NCBI GenBank assembly: GCA_900770415.1
Contig: CAAGKN010000013.1
Coordinates: 651-64,650, forward strand
Direction of reading: 5' to 3'
DNA length: 64,000 nt
DNA from: Clostridia bacterium
Lineage (GTDB): Bacteria; Bacillota; Clostridia; TANB77; CAG-508
Part shown: piece after piece, positions 31,647 through 40,674 of the stretch
Numbering within the stretch: position 1 is the first letter of the stretch
Layout of the letters: every line of letters starts with the position of its first letter
Made by a program: the position numbers and the translations under genes
The notes under the pieces: generated by a model
What the model was told of the DNA's origin: nothing
What the model saw: the letters and a program-made list of their open reading frames with translations, nothing else
Databases searched by the model: none

Positions 31647-34600
31647 TTATTTTAATTTCATTGAAAGAAGTTTTGATATTCCGTTTTCTTCCATTGTTAT
31701 TCCATATACAGTATCTGCTGCTTCCATTGTTCCTTTTCTATGTGTTATAACTAAAAACTGTGTTGTTTGTGTGAATTTTTTTAGGTATTCTGCAAATCTA
31801 TAAACATTAACATCGTCCAGAGCTGCCTCTATTTCATCTAATACGCAGAATGGTGCTGGATTGATTTTTAATATTGCAAATAACAACGCAATTGCTGTAA
31901 ATGCTTTTTCTCCTCCTGATAAAAGAGTCATGTTTTGAAGTTTTTTTCCTGGTGGTTGTGCTTCTATATCTATTCCACATTCTAATATATTCTCTTCGTC
32001 TGTAAGTTTAAGTTCTGCTTTTCCTCCACCAAATAGTTCACTAAATACTTCTCCAAAATTCTTATTTATTACTTTAAATTGTTTTTCAAATTGTTCTTTC
32101 ATTATTTTTGTCATGTCTTGAATTACTTTTTTTAGTTTACTACTTGAGTCTTCTAAATCCAATCTTTGCTCACACATAAAGTCATATCTTTCTTTTGTTT
32201 GTTTATATTCTTCAATTGAATCTACATTAATACTTCCTAAATTTCTTATCTCATCTCTTAGGTGTTTTACTCGTTTTGTAGTTTCTGCTACATTGTCTGG
32301 CTTTTTGTATTCTTCTGCCACATTATTTGGTGTTATTTCGTAATCTTCCCACATTTTATTTATTATTTGTTCTAATTCATATTCTATTTTAGATTTTTTA
32401 ACTTCTTGTTTTGTTATTTGTGCTTTTAAATCTTCTATTATTTTAAACTTGCTTGTAATTTCTTCCTCTGCTTTTGCAAGTTCTTCATTTTTAGAAATTC
32501 TTTCTTTCTTTAGTTCTTCTACTTTCTCTCCACTTGTACTTACTTCTTGCTTCATTTGTTCTATTTGTTCATTTAATTTTAGAATTTCTTCTTCTAGGTT
32601 CTTATTGTCTTCTACTATTTTTTCTCTTAATTGTTTTTTATTTTCTATGCTTGTTTTATTGTTTTGAATATCTTGCTCTATTCTTGCAACAATTTCATCT
32701 ATTGAACTATTACTTTCATCAAATGAACTAACTGATATTTTTAAATTTGTTATATCAAAATTTAAGTCATCTATGTATTTTTGAGTATCTTTGTTTTTGT
32801 CACTAAATGCAGTTATTTCTTTTTGTAGTTCTTCATTTTCTTTTTCTAATACTTCAATTTCTTGTTGTAATTTTTCTGCTTCTTCTTTGTTGTTTTTCTT
32901 ATCTTCTCCTATTTGAGAAAGTTCTTTTCTTAGATTTGCAAGCTTGTTTTCTAGTTTAGTAATGTTTTCTTCTATTGATACAACTTTTTGTTTTTCTGTT
33001 GCATACACAATTTCTGTATCTTGCATAATATGTTCTAGTCCCATTACTTCTTCAATAACATCTTCTTGTGATTTTTCGTATTCTTCTTTTTGTTGTTCCA
33101 ATTCTTCTATTTTTTTATTTAATTTCTTTATGTCTTTTTCTAGTTCTTGTATTTGGCTTGTTCTTCCTATTATGTTGTTTGCTTTTACTGTAGTTGATCC
33201 ACCTGTTATTGCTCCACTTGGATTAATTACATCACCTTTTAGTGTAACTATTCTAAATGAGTACTTGTTTTGTCTTGCAAGTATTATTGCTGTTTCCATG
33301 TTGTCTACAATTACAGTTCTTCCAAGTAAATTTAATATTATTTCTTCATATTTTTTATCTACCTTTACTAAATCTGCTGCAATTCCTATTACTCCACCTA
33401 AACTATTTTTTATTAGTTTGTCTATTCTTTTTCCTTTTACAGAAGCTATTGGCAAGAAAGATGCTCTTCCTAAATTATTTTTTCTTAAATGTTCGATTAG
33501 TTTTTTAGCATCCTCTTCTGTATCAGTAACTATGTTTTGAAGTGTTTGTCCAAGTACAGTTTCTATTGCTGTTTCATATTCCTTTGGAACAGTTAATATG
33601 TTTGCTAAAACTCCATGCATACCTTTTTTTAGGCTTGCATCTTTGTCGCAATCTAGCAATAGGGATTTTACACTTCTTATATATCCTTCTTTTTCTTTTT
33701 CCATGTCACTTAAGAATTTTAATTTTGAGTCTTTTATTCTTAATTCTGTAGAAAGTGTATTTATTTTATCTTGGTATTCTTTTGATTTTGCAATACTTGC
33801 TTCTCTTTTTTCGTTTATTGCTTCTAATTTTTTGCTTGCTTCATTTCTTTTAGCTTCTATTTCATAAAATGTTTTAGATATCTCATCTTTTTCTAATCTT
33901 TTTTGATCTAATTCTGATATTGTATCTGATATTTCATTTTTTACTACTTTTTCTCTTTTTTCTAAATTCTCATAATTTACTTCTTGTGTATTAATTTGTG
34001 TTGCTTTTTCATATTTTGAATCTACATTGCTTTCTACTTTCTTTTTTTGCTCTTCTATTTGTTTTTCTTCTGATGATAGTTTTTTAGATATCTCTTCTAA
34101 TTCTTTTTCTTTTTCTTCTAATTCTTTTGCAAACTTTTCTCTGTTAGATGATAAATTTAGTTTTTTCTCTAATCTTTGTGTTTTTTCTTCTTCGAGTTCT
34201 TTTACTCTGTTTTTTACCTCTTCAATCTCTTTTAAATATCTTTCATAATTCTCTTTATTATTTGATATTCTTTCATTTGCAAGGTTTATATCTGAATTAA
34301 TTTGTTCTTGTTTTTTGCTTGTCTCAAAGCCTAAGTTTTGAGTTTCTTCTATCTTTTCTGTTATCTCATCTATCTTAGTCTTTAATTCTTCTTTTAAGTT
34401 TTGCATTTCTTGCATCTTTGTTTCTTCATCTTGTTGTTGGGTTACAAATATGTCCATATCTTTTGTAATTTCTACTAATTTTTGTTTGTAATTATCTATG
34501 CTAAATAGGAATAGTCCTATTTCTATTCCTTTTAATTCTTCTCTTAAATCTAAGAATTTCTTAGCTTTTTCTGATTGTTTTTTTAATGGTTCAATATTTG

Positions 34601-35198
34601 CTTCTATTTCTGCTAAAATATCATTTATCCTAAGTAAATTTAATTTTGTTTGTTCTAGTTTTTTCTCTGATTCTGCTTTTCTTACTCTATATTTTACAAT
34701 TCCTGCTGCTTCTTCAAAAATTGCTCTTCTATCTTCTGATTTATTACTTAAGATCTCATCTATTTTTCCTTGTCCTATTATAGAATAACCATCTTTTCCA
34801 ATTCCTGTGTCCATAAATAATTCCAAAACATCTTTTAATCTACATGGCGTTTTATTTATGTAATAACCTGATTCTCCATTTCTATATATTCTTCTTGTAA
34901 CTGTAACTTCTGAATATTCTATTGGTAATTTTCCATCAGTATTATCAATTACTATTGAAGCTTCTGCAAATCCTAATGATTTTCTATTTTGAGTTCCAGC
35001 AAATATAATATCTTCTGACTTTGAACCTCTTAGGGATTTCATGCTTTGCTCTCCAAGAACCCATCTAATACTATCAGAAATATTACTTTTTCCAGAACCA
35101 TTTGGTCCTATTACTGTTGTAATCCCTGGCATAAATTCTAATACTGTTTTATCTGCAAATGATTTAAATCCTTGCAATTCTAGTCTTTTTAAGTACAT
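31647..35198 (-). CDS. smc: Chromosome segregation protein SMC
   Basis: About 1183 aa with Walker A GPNGSGKSN, long coiled coils, a hinge, the signature LSGGEKA and Walker B LDEIEAALD. ATG at 35198 after AAAGGTGG. Confidence 0.95.
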   Translation of the reverse strand: MYLKRLELQGFKSFADKTVLEFMPGITTVIGPNGSGKSNISDSIRWVLGEQSMKSLRGSKSEDIIFAGTQNRKSLGFAEASIVIDNTDGKLPIEYSEVTVTRRIYRNGESGYYINKTPCRLKDVLELFMDTGIGKDGYSIIGQGKIDEILSNKSEDRRAIFEEAAGIVKYRVRKAESEKKLEQTKLNLLRINDILAEIEANIEPLKKQSEKAKKFLDLREELKGIEIGLFLFSIDNYKQKLVEITKDMDIFVTQQQDEETKMQEMQNLKEELKTKIDEITEKIEETQNLGFETSKKQEQINSDINLANERISNNKENYERYLKEIEEVKNRVKELEEEKTQRLEKKLNLSSNREKFAKELEEKEKELEEISKKLSSEEKQIEEQKKKVESNVDSKYEKATQINTQEVNYENLEKREKVVKNEISDTISELDQKRLEKDEISKTFYEIEAKRNEASKKLEAINEKREASIAKSKEYQDKINTLSTELRIKDSKLKFLSDMEKEKEGYIRSVKSLLLDCDKDASLKKGMHGVLANILTVPKEYETAIETVLGQTLQNIVTDTEEDAKKLIEHLRKNNLGRASFLPIASVKGKRIDKLIKNSLGGVIGIAADLVKVDKKYEEIILNLLGRTVIVDNMETAIILARQNKYSFRIVTLKGDVINPSGAITGGSTTVKANNIIGRTSQIQELEKDIKKLNKKIEELEQQKEEYEKSQEDVIEEVMGLEHIMQDTEIVYATEKQKVVSIEENITKLENKLANLRKELSQIGEDKKNNKEEAEKLQQEIEVLEKENEELQKEITAFSDKNKDTQKYIDDLNFDITNLKISVSSFDESNSSIDEIVARIEQDIQNNKTSIENKKQLREKIVEDNKNLEEEILKLNEQIEQMKQEVSTSGEKVEELKKERISKNEELAKAEEEITSKFKIIEDLKAQITKQEVKKSKIEYELEQIINKMWEDYEITPNNVAEEYKKPDNVAETTKRVKHLRDEIRNLGSINVDSIEEYKQTKERYDFMCEQRLDLEDSSSKLKKVIQDMTKIMKEQFEKQFKVINKNFGEVFSELFGGGKAELKLTDEENILECGIDIEAQPPGKKLQNMTLLSGGEKAFTAIALLFAILKINPAPFCVLDEIEAALDDVNVYRFAEYLKKFTQTTQFLVITHRKGTMEAADTVYGITMEENGISKLLSMKLK

Positions 35199-35222
35199 GT
35201 TTTCCACCTTTTTTTCTTACTT

Positions 35223-35252
35223 AAACAAAAGGGGATTTTTCCCCTTTTGTTT
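35223..35252 (-). terminator. Terminator-like hairpin between the 433-aa gene and smc; it may sit in the smc leader
   Basis: AAACAAAAGGGG-ATTTTT-CCCCTTTTGTTT. A possible TTGAAA-17 nt-TATTAT promoter lies just upstream on the minus strand. Confidence 0.4.
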
Positions 35253-35342
35253 ATAATATATTAAAATCTTCAAATTTTCAACTTTTTTTGCAAAAAAATC
35301 TCTGTTTATAAAACAGAGATTTTTAAGTTAAATATTTTTAAT

Positions 35343-36644
35343 CTAATATGGTCTAATATTTACATTTCCTATGCTTTCTTGTGATGCTCGTTCTTCTATT
35401 GCACTTTCTGCTTCACTTGTAGCCTCATCCTTTATCTGCATTATTGATTGAAAAAAGCCTATTATTGTGTCTTCTATCCCTTCTTTTTCTTTTACAAGCA
35501 TAACAACAGTTTCTTTTATTTTTTCTATCTCTTCTATTGACATATCATTTATTATAACACTATTCTCATCTGTTAGTTCTTCAACTGTATTATCAACATT
35601 AAATTTTATATCCATATTTACATTTACTAAAAGTTTGTTTTCAGTATCTCCACTACCTGTTACTTCATAGCTCATTACATATTTTTCATTTGAAGTTTTT
35701 AGTATATCAATTATTACTTTCATTTCTTCAGATGTAGTAATTTGAATTGTTAAGTTGTCATTTTGTGTCCCTATATTTTTTGTTATTCTTGCTTGGTAGT
35801 CTTCTCCATTTATTGTTATTTCTATTTTTATTAATTTTTCTTCATATACGTAAATTGTTTGTGTGAAGTCAAATTTTGAATTTTTTATACTTTTAATAAC
35901 CTCACTTATATCTGAATTATCTATGTTAATAGAATCACATATTTGCTTTATTTCTTCACTATTTAGTTTTAATTCATATTTTTTTGCTTCAACAGATGAT
36001 CCATTTAATTCTATTTGTGTCTTTCCTAAATTAGAATATTGTTCTTTAGATGTTTGTTCTGCTACTTTTGTAAAGAATTCTGTGCAAACAGTTTTAACTT
36101 CTTCTATACTTTCATCTATTTGACTACTGTAATTAGAAAGTTCAATTTTATCAATGTTTTCTTCATTTAAGTCTAATTTTTCAGAAAATGAATTTAAATT
36201 TTGATTTTGTATTGTGATATACTTTTGAGTAATATCTTTAAATGATATTCCAAACTTGTCTTTATTATATATTCCATCTATTTCAAGTATATCTTTTTTG
36301 TTATTATTACCAAAAAATAAACTAATTTCAGCTTTGTTTCCTATTGGATCATTTTTACCATTTAGTACAACTGTTGCGTTATTTAAAACATTTTGATCAT
36401 TCATAGTTATATTTATAGTAGCATCTATATTTTGTTCACTTTTTTCGCTTGCAAATCTTGTTAATGTTTGCTTCATGGAATCAAAATCAATTATTTTTGA
36501 TAGTTGTTCTTCAGTTGCATATTTATAAAAAATCTCCTTATTTGTTTTAAAAGTATCTGTGTAAAAATAAATATATGCCCCTATTCCAATTCCAACTACT
36601 AATATTCCTATTATTACAAAGGATAATATTTTTATTGCTTTCAT
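35343..36644 (-). CDS. Hypothetical membrane-anchored protein
   Basis: 433 aa with a single N-terminal TM (ILSFVIIGILVVGIGIGAYIYFY) and a large Asn/Glu/Ile-rich ectodomain. No family recognised. Confidence 0.4.
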   Translation of the reverse strand: MKAIKILSFVIIGILVVGIGIGAYIYFYTDTFKTNKEIFYKYATEEQLSKIIDFDSMKQTLTRFASEKSEQNIDATINITMNDQNVLNNATVVLNGKNDPIGNKAEISLFFGNNNKKDILEIDGIYNKDKFGISFKDITQKYITIQNQNLNSFSEKLDLNEENIDKIELSNYSSQIDESIEEVKTVCTEFFTKVAEQTSKEQYSNLGKTQIELNGSSVEAKKYELKLNSEEIKQICDSINIDNSDISEVIKSIKNSKFDFTQTIYVYEEKLIKIEITINGEDYQARITKNIGTQNDNLTIQITTSEEMKVIIDILKTSNEKYVMSYEVTGSGDTENKLLVNVNMDIKFNVDNTVEELTDENSVIINDMSIEEIEKIKETVVMLVKEKEGIEDTIIGFFQSIMQIKDEATSEAESAIEERASQESIGNVNIRPY

Positions 36645-36749
36645 TTACAAATCACCTCTTTATTTACTATATTTTAATGTTTTTAGTCACTTCTTGTCAA
36701 TATAAATCATAGAATATATTAAGTAAAATAAAGAAAGGAAATGATGTAA

Positions 36750-37181
36750 ATGGAATTTGAAAAAGATTTTTGCCCAGTTGTTAAGGTTGATGGTTTTATT
36801 GAAAAAGGTAAACAATTTGACTTAGAAATAAATTTACCAGAAGATAACAGAAACGTAATATATGGAGTAATTAAAGATTGTTACAAAGATCCTGTTGAAG
36901 ACGCTGTTGTAAAATTAATAGAAGTTTGTTATGAATATGGTAAAGAAGAAAGAAGACCAGTTTCTCATACTTTTACAGATAAAGATGGCGAATTTGTATT
37001 TGGTCCACTTTGTCCTGATAAATCTTATGAAATTCAAATATGGGTAGATAGAGTAAAACACGTAAAAATTTGCAAAGAATGTAAACGTCATGGTAAATGC
37101 TTAAAAGGTGTAAAACTTGATTGTGATGATAAACCTTGCAAAGATGATTGTAAACCAGATTGTAATAAACCTTGTAAATAG
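36750..37181 (+). CDS. Hypothetical protein with a carboxypeptidase-regulatory-like beta-sandwich and a Cys/Lys-rich tail
   Basis: 143 aa. VIYGVIKDCYKDPVEDAVVKL...FTDKDGEFVFGPL resembles a CarboxypepD_reg fold. The tail CKECKRHGKCLKGVKLDCDDKPCKDDCKPDCNKPCK has 10 Cys. Confidence 0.4.
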   Translation: MEFEKDFCPVVKVDGFIEKGKQFDLEINLPEDNRNVIYGVIKDCYKDPVEDAVVKLIEVCYEYGKEERRPVSHTFTDKDGEFVFGPLCPDKSYEIQIWVDRVKHVKICKECKRHGKCLKGVKLDCDDKPCKDDCKPDCNKPCK

Positions 37182-37190
37182 GGTTATATA

Positions 37191-37224
37191 AATAAGGACG
37201 TATTTTAATTTATACGTCCTTATT
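37191..37224. terminator. Bidirectional hairpin terminator
   Basis: AATAAGGACGTA-loop-TACGTCCTTATT. Confidence 0.6.
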
Positions 37225-37226
37225 TT

Positions 37227-37364
37227 TTAAAATGCACCTATTTTTTTTGCTAATTGCCTACCTTTTTTCTTTATAATTTTTTTATTCATCATTCCTTCAT
37301 TATACATAATTGCCATACCTGCGGCTATTGCAGTTCCTATAATCATACCTTTTACAAATTTCAT
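37227..37364 (-). CDS. Small hydrophobic protein (45 aa)
   Basis: MKFVKGMIIGTAIAAGMAIMYNEGMMNKKIIKKKGRQLAKKIGAF. RBS AAAGGAGAA lies upstream. Below the ORF-track length cutoff. Confidence 0.4.
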   Translation of the reverse strand: MKFVKGMIIGTAIAAGMAIMYNEGMMNKKIIKKKGRQLAKKIGAF

Positions 37365-37378
37365 TTTTATTCTCCTTT

Positions 37379-37792
37379 CTAATATAAATTGGAATTTGTT
37401 TTTTCTATATTTTTATTATTACTTTTTCTATCTTTTTTATACTGTCTGATTAATGAATAAATTTCATAAATTGAAATCAAAATTAAAAAAATTCCAAAAT
37501 ATTTTTTTAGATGTTTTACATCCATATTCACTGATATTTTTGCTCCTATTATTGCTCCTACAATTCCTGATATTGCTACTGGAATTCCCACTTTCCAGTT
37601 TATAAGTTTATCTTTTATTGTTGTAACAATTGCCGAAAGTGATGTCGGCACAAAAAACACAAGATTTGTGGCTTGTGCTGTATGTTGTTCTACTCCCATA
37701 AAAACAGAAAGTACAAGAATTAAAATTGTTCCTCCTCCCATTCCAGTGCCACTTACTGTTCCCGATACCAATCCTGTAAGAATCTCTAACAT
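37379..37792 (-). CDS. TauE/SafE (TSUP) family membrane transporter, half-size, second of a pair
   Basis: 137 aa with GTGMGGGTILILVL and GAIIGAKI motifs. Own RBS TAGGAGAAAAATATG. Confidence 0.7.
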   Translation of the reverse strand: MLEILTGLVSGTVSGTGMGGGTILILVLSVFMGVEQHTAQATNLVFFVPTSLSAIVTTIKDKLINWKVGIPVAISGIVGAIIGAKISVNMDVKHLKKYFGIFLILISIYEIYSLIRQYKKDRKSNNKNIEKTNSNLY

Positions 37793-37805
37793 ATTTTTCT
37801 CCTAT

Positions 37806-38150
37806 CTAAATTATCATTTTTATTGAAACATAAATTAAAAACACAATAAATATCATCTTTAAAACTTTGTCTGGTAATTTTTTTAATAACTTTGAGCCAA
37901 TAAAGCCTCCTATTATACCTCCTATTGCGCATTTAATTCCAATATTCCAATTAATGTAGTTATTATTATAGTAAAATAATCCACTAGTGATAACCATTGG
38001 CAAAATTGAAAAAACAGAGGTAGCTCTTGCCTCTGCTTCGTCTAATTTAAATATATGAACAAATGCAGGTACAACTATCATTCCACCGCCTGCTGCAAAA
38101 AGTCCGCTTATGAACCCTGCACTTATTCCTAAAAGTATCTTTTTAATCAT
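37806..38150 (-). CDS. TauE/SafE (TSUP) family membrane transporter, half-size, first of a pair
   Basis: 114 aa with AAGGGMIVVPA and GGFIGSKL motifs. Confidence 0.7.
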   Translation of the reverse strand: MIKKILLGISAGFISGLFAAGGGMIVVPAFVHIFKLDEAEARATSVFSILPMVITSGLFYYNNNYINWNIGIKCAIGGIIGGFIGSKLLKKLPDKVLKMIFIVFLIYVSIKMII

Positions 38151-38370
38151 ACTATTTCCTATTCTTTTCTATATTACTTTCCGTCTTTATATCTATATTT
38201 TTACACGTTTTTCAATTTTTATTCTTTTATTTTTTATAAATATCAAATTCATTTTTTACTGGTAGGCAACTTTTTCTTACGTTTATCGTTATATTAATTT
38301 TAATCCATGTGATTTTTCAACATTAAATGATAAAATACAACATAATTTCGAAGAAGTGAGATGATGTTCT

Positions 38371-38592
38371 ATGATAAAAATTAGATTATCCGATTTATTA
38401 GGAAAACATAAAATGACTCAAAAAGCCTTATCTGAAATTACAGGTATTAGACCTGCAACTATTTCTAAAATGTATTATGAAGAAGTAAAAAGAATTGATG
38501 TTAGACACTTAAACAACATTTGCAAAGCTTTTGACTGTGAAATTTCTGAATTGTTAGAATATATACCAGATAAAAAAGTTGTAAAAAAATAA
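38371..38592 (+). CDS. XRE/Cro-CI family helix-turn-helix transcriptional regulator
   Basis: 73 aa. MTQKALSEITGIRPATISKMY is a classic HTH_3/HTH_26 pattern. Confidence 0.7.
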   Translation: MIKIRLSDLLGKHKMTQKALSEITGIRPATISKMYYEEVKRIDVRHLNNICKAFDCEISELLEYIPDKKVVKK

Positions 38593-38667
38593 AATTTTTT
38601 AAAAGAACCCAATTTATTTTTTAATAAATTGGGTTTACTTTTTGATTAGAGAAAATAGTACTGTTCT

Positions 38668-39909
38668 CTAATCTATTGTTTCGTCCTTTATATAGTACTT
38701 TGTACCTAGCATTTTGTCTGGCAAATATTGTTGTTCTACTTGATGATTTGGATAATCATGTGGATATTTATAACCTTCTCCATATCCAAAATCTTTCATT
38801 CCAGAAACTGGTGCATTTCTTATATGCATTGGAATTTCGCCTGTATCTTTTGTCTCCACATCTTCTAAAGCTTTGTTTATTGCCAAATATGTTGCATTTG
38901 ATTTTTTTGATGTCGCTACATATATTGCAGCTTCTGATAATATTATTCTTGCCTCTGGCATTCCTACACTTGCTACTGCTTGCATTGCACTATTTGCAAC
39001 AACTAATGCATTTGGATTTGCAAGTCCTACATCCTCTGCTGCTGCAATCACAATTCTTCTTGCAATAAAAACTGGGTCTTCTCCACCTGCAATTGCTCGT
39101 GCTAAATAAAATGCTGTTGCATCCGGATCGCTTCCTCTCATTGATTTTATAAATGCACTTATATTATCATAATGACTATCTCCAGTTTTATCAAACATTG
39201 ATTTCTTTTTTCCAACGCATTCAGCAGCGATTTCATTTGTTATATTAATGAGCCCATTTTTATCTACTGGTGTTGTAAGTACTGCTATTTCTAGACTGTT
39301 TAATGCTGTTCTTACATCACCATTAGAAATTTCTGCTATTTTTTTAAGTGTTTCGTCTTCTATATTTATATTATAACTTCCAAGTCCCTCTGGATTTTTT
39401 ATAGCATTTTTTAATATTGTAAATATATTTTCTACAGAAAGTGGTTTTAGTTTGAAAACCATAGACCTTGAAATTAAAGCTTTATTAACTTCAAAATATG
39501 GATTTTCTGTTGTAGCTCCAATTAATATAACTGTACCATTCTCTACAAAAGGAAGCAATGCATCTTGTTGCAATTTGTTAAATCTATGAATCTCATCTAT
39601 AAATAATATGCATTTTCCTGTTGGGTTAAGTAATGGATTTTTAGCCTCTTCTATTGCTGATTTTATATCTCCAACCCCAGAAGTTACTGCATTTAATTTT
39701 ATAAATTTATATTTAGTTGTATTACTTATAACTTTAGCTAAAGATGTTTTACCTGAACCTGTTGGTCCCCATAAGATTATACTAGATAATCTATCTGCTT
39801 TTATTGTTCTATATAAAATTTTGTCTTTACCTAAAATTTCTTCTTGCCCAATAAATTCATCTAGTGTTTGTGGTCTTACGCGGTGGGCCAGTGGTATATT
39901 TAAATCCAT
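38668..39909 (-). CDS. rarA: Replication-associated recombination protein A (RarA/MgsA AAA+ ATPase)
   Basis: 413 aa with Walker A GPTGSGKTS, Walker B LFIDEIHRF and a MgsA C-terminal domain (HYDNISAFIKSMRGSDPDA). Confidence 0.9.
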   Translation of the reverse strand: MDLNIPLAHRVRPQTLDEFIGQEEILGKDKILYRTIKADRLSSIILWGPTGSGKTSLAKVISNTTKYKFIKLNAVTSGVGDIKSAIEEAKNPLLNPTGKCILFIDEIHRFNKLQQDALLPFVENGTVILIGATTENPYFEVNKALISRSMVFKLKPLSVENIFTILKNAIKNPEGLGSYNINIEDETLKKIAEISNGDVRTALNSLEIAVLTTPVDKNGLINITNEIAAECVGKKKSMFDKTGDSHYDNISAFIKSMRGSDPDATAFYLARAIAGGEDPVFIARRIVIAAAEDVGLANPNALVVANSAMQAVASVGMPEARIILSEAAIYVATSKKSNATYLAINKALEDVETKDTGEIPMHIRNAPVSGMKDFGYGEGYKYPHDYPNHQVEQQYLPDKMLGTKYYIKDETID

Positions 39910-39945
39910 TTGTTCTCCTCTCTAAAATAAATTGAAATTTATTTT

Positions 39946-40545
39946 TCAATTTCTTGCTAAGTTTTTTAATCCTTGTTTTATTATCTCTTCTAATTGTAAA
40001 TTCTTTGTATCTACATTTTCCAAAGCTTTTTCTATTTCTCGTTTCGTATAACCTAATACTTGTAATGCTGCTATTGCTTCACTTGTTTCTTCTTCGTTTG
40101 TTATTGATAATTTTACTTCTTCTGTTTTTGTTATTGCTTCTTCTGTTTTTAATTTATCCTTAAGCTCTAACACTATTCTTGCTGCTGTTTTTTTACCTAT
40201 TCCTGGTATTTTTACTAATTGAGATATATCATCTGATATTACAGCAAGTGCAAAACTTGATGGACTTATTTCTGAAAGCATTGCTATTGCTGATTTTGCC
40301 CCTATACCACTTACTTGTAACAAAAGTTCAAACATTCTTAATTCCTCATTTGTGTTAAATCCATATAAACTAATATTATCTTCTCTTACATAATAATGTG
40401 TATGTACTTTAACAACTTCACCAATTTCTCCTAAAGCTTCTATTGCTTTTGTTGCCATAAATATCTTATAGCCAATTCCACCTACATCTATTACAACATA
40501 ATTATTTGATTTTTGTTCTAAACTACCTTTTATATATGCAAACAT
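39946..40545 (-). CDS. ruvA: Holliday junction DNA helicase subunit RuvA
   Basis: MFAYIKGSLEQKSNNYVVIDVGGIGYKIF..., HhH motifs (VSGIGAKSA, IPGIGKKTA). ATG at 40545 after GGAGAAG. Confidence 0.9.
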   Translation of the reverse strand: MFAYIKGSLEQKSNNYVVIDVGGIGYKIFMATKAIEALGEIGEVVKVHTHYYVREDNISLYGFNTNEELRMFELLLQVSGIGAKSAIAMLSEISPSSFALAVISDDISQLVKIPGIGKKTAARIVLELKDKLKTEEAITKTEEVKLSITNEEETSEAIAALQVLGYTKREIEKALENVDTKNLQLEEIIKQGLKNLARN

Positions 40546-40674
40546 TTTATCTTCTCCTTGCAAACAAATTTTCTGTATGTATTTTATCATATTAAATTTA
40601 TTTTGCAATAGTTTTTTTATATTTTATACTGCAAACAAATACCCCTAAACTTTTGTAAAGCTTAGGGGTTCTTT

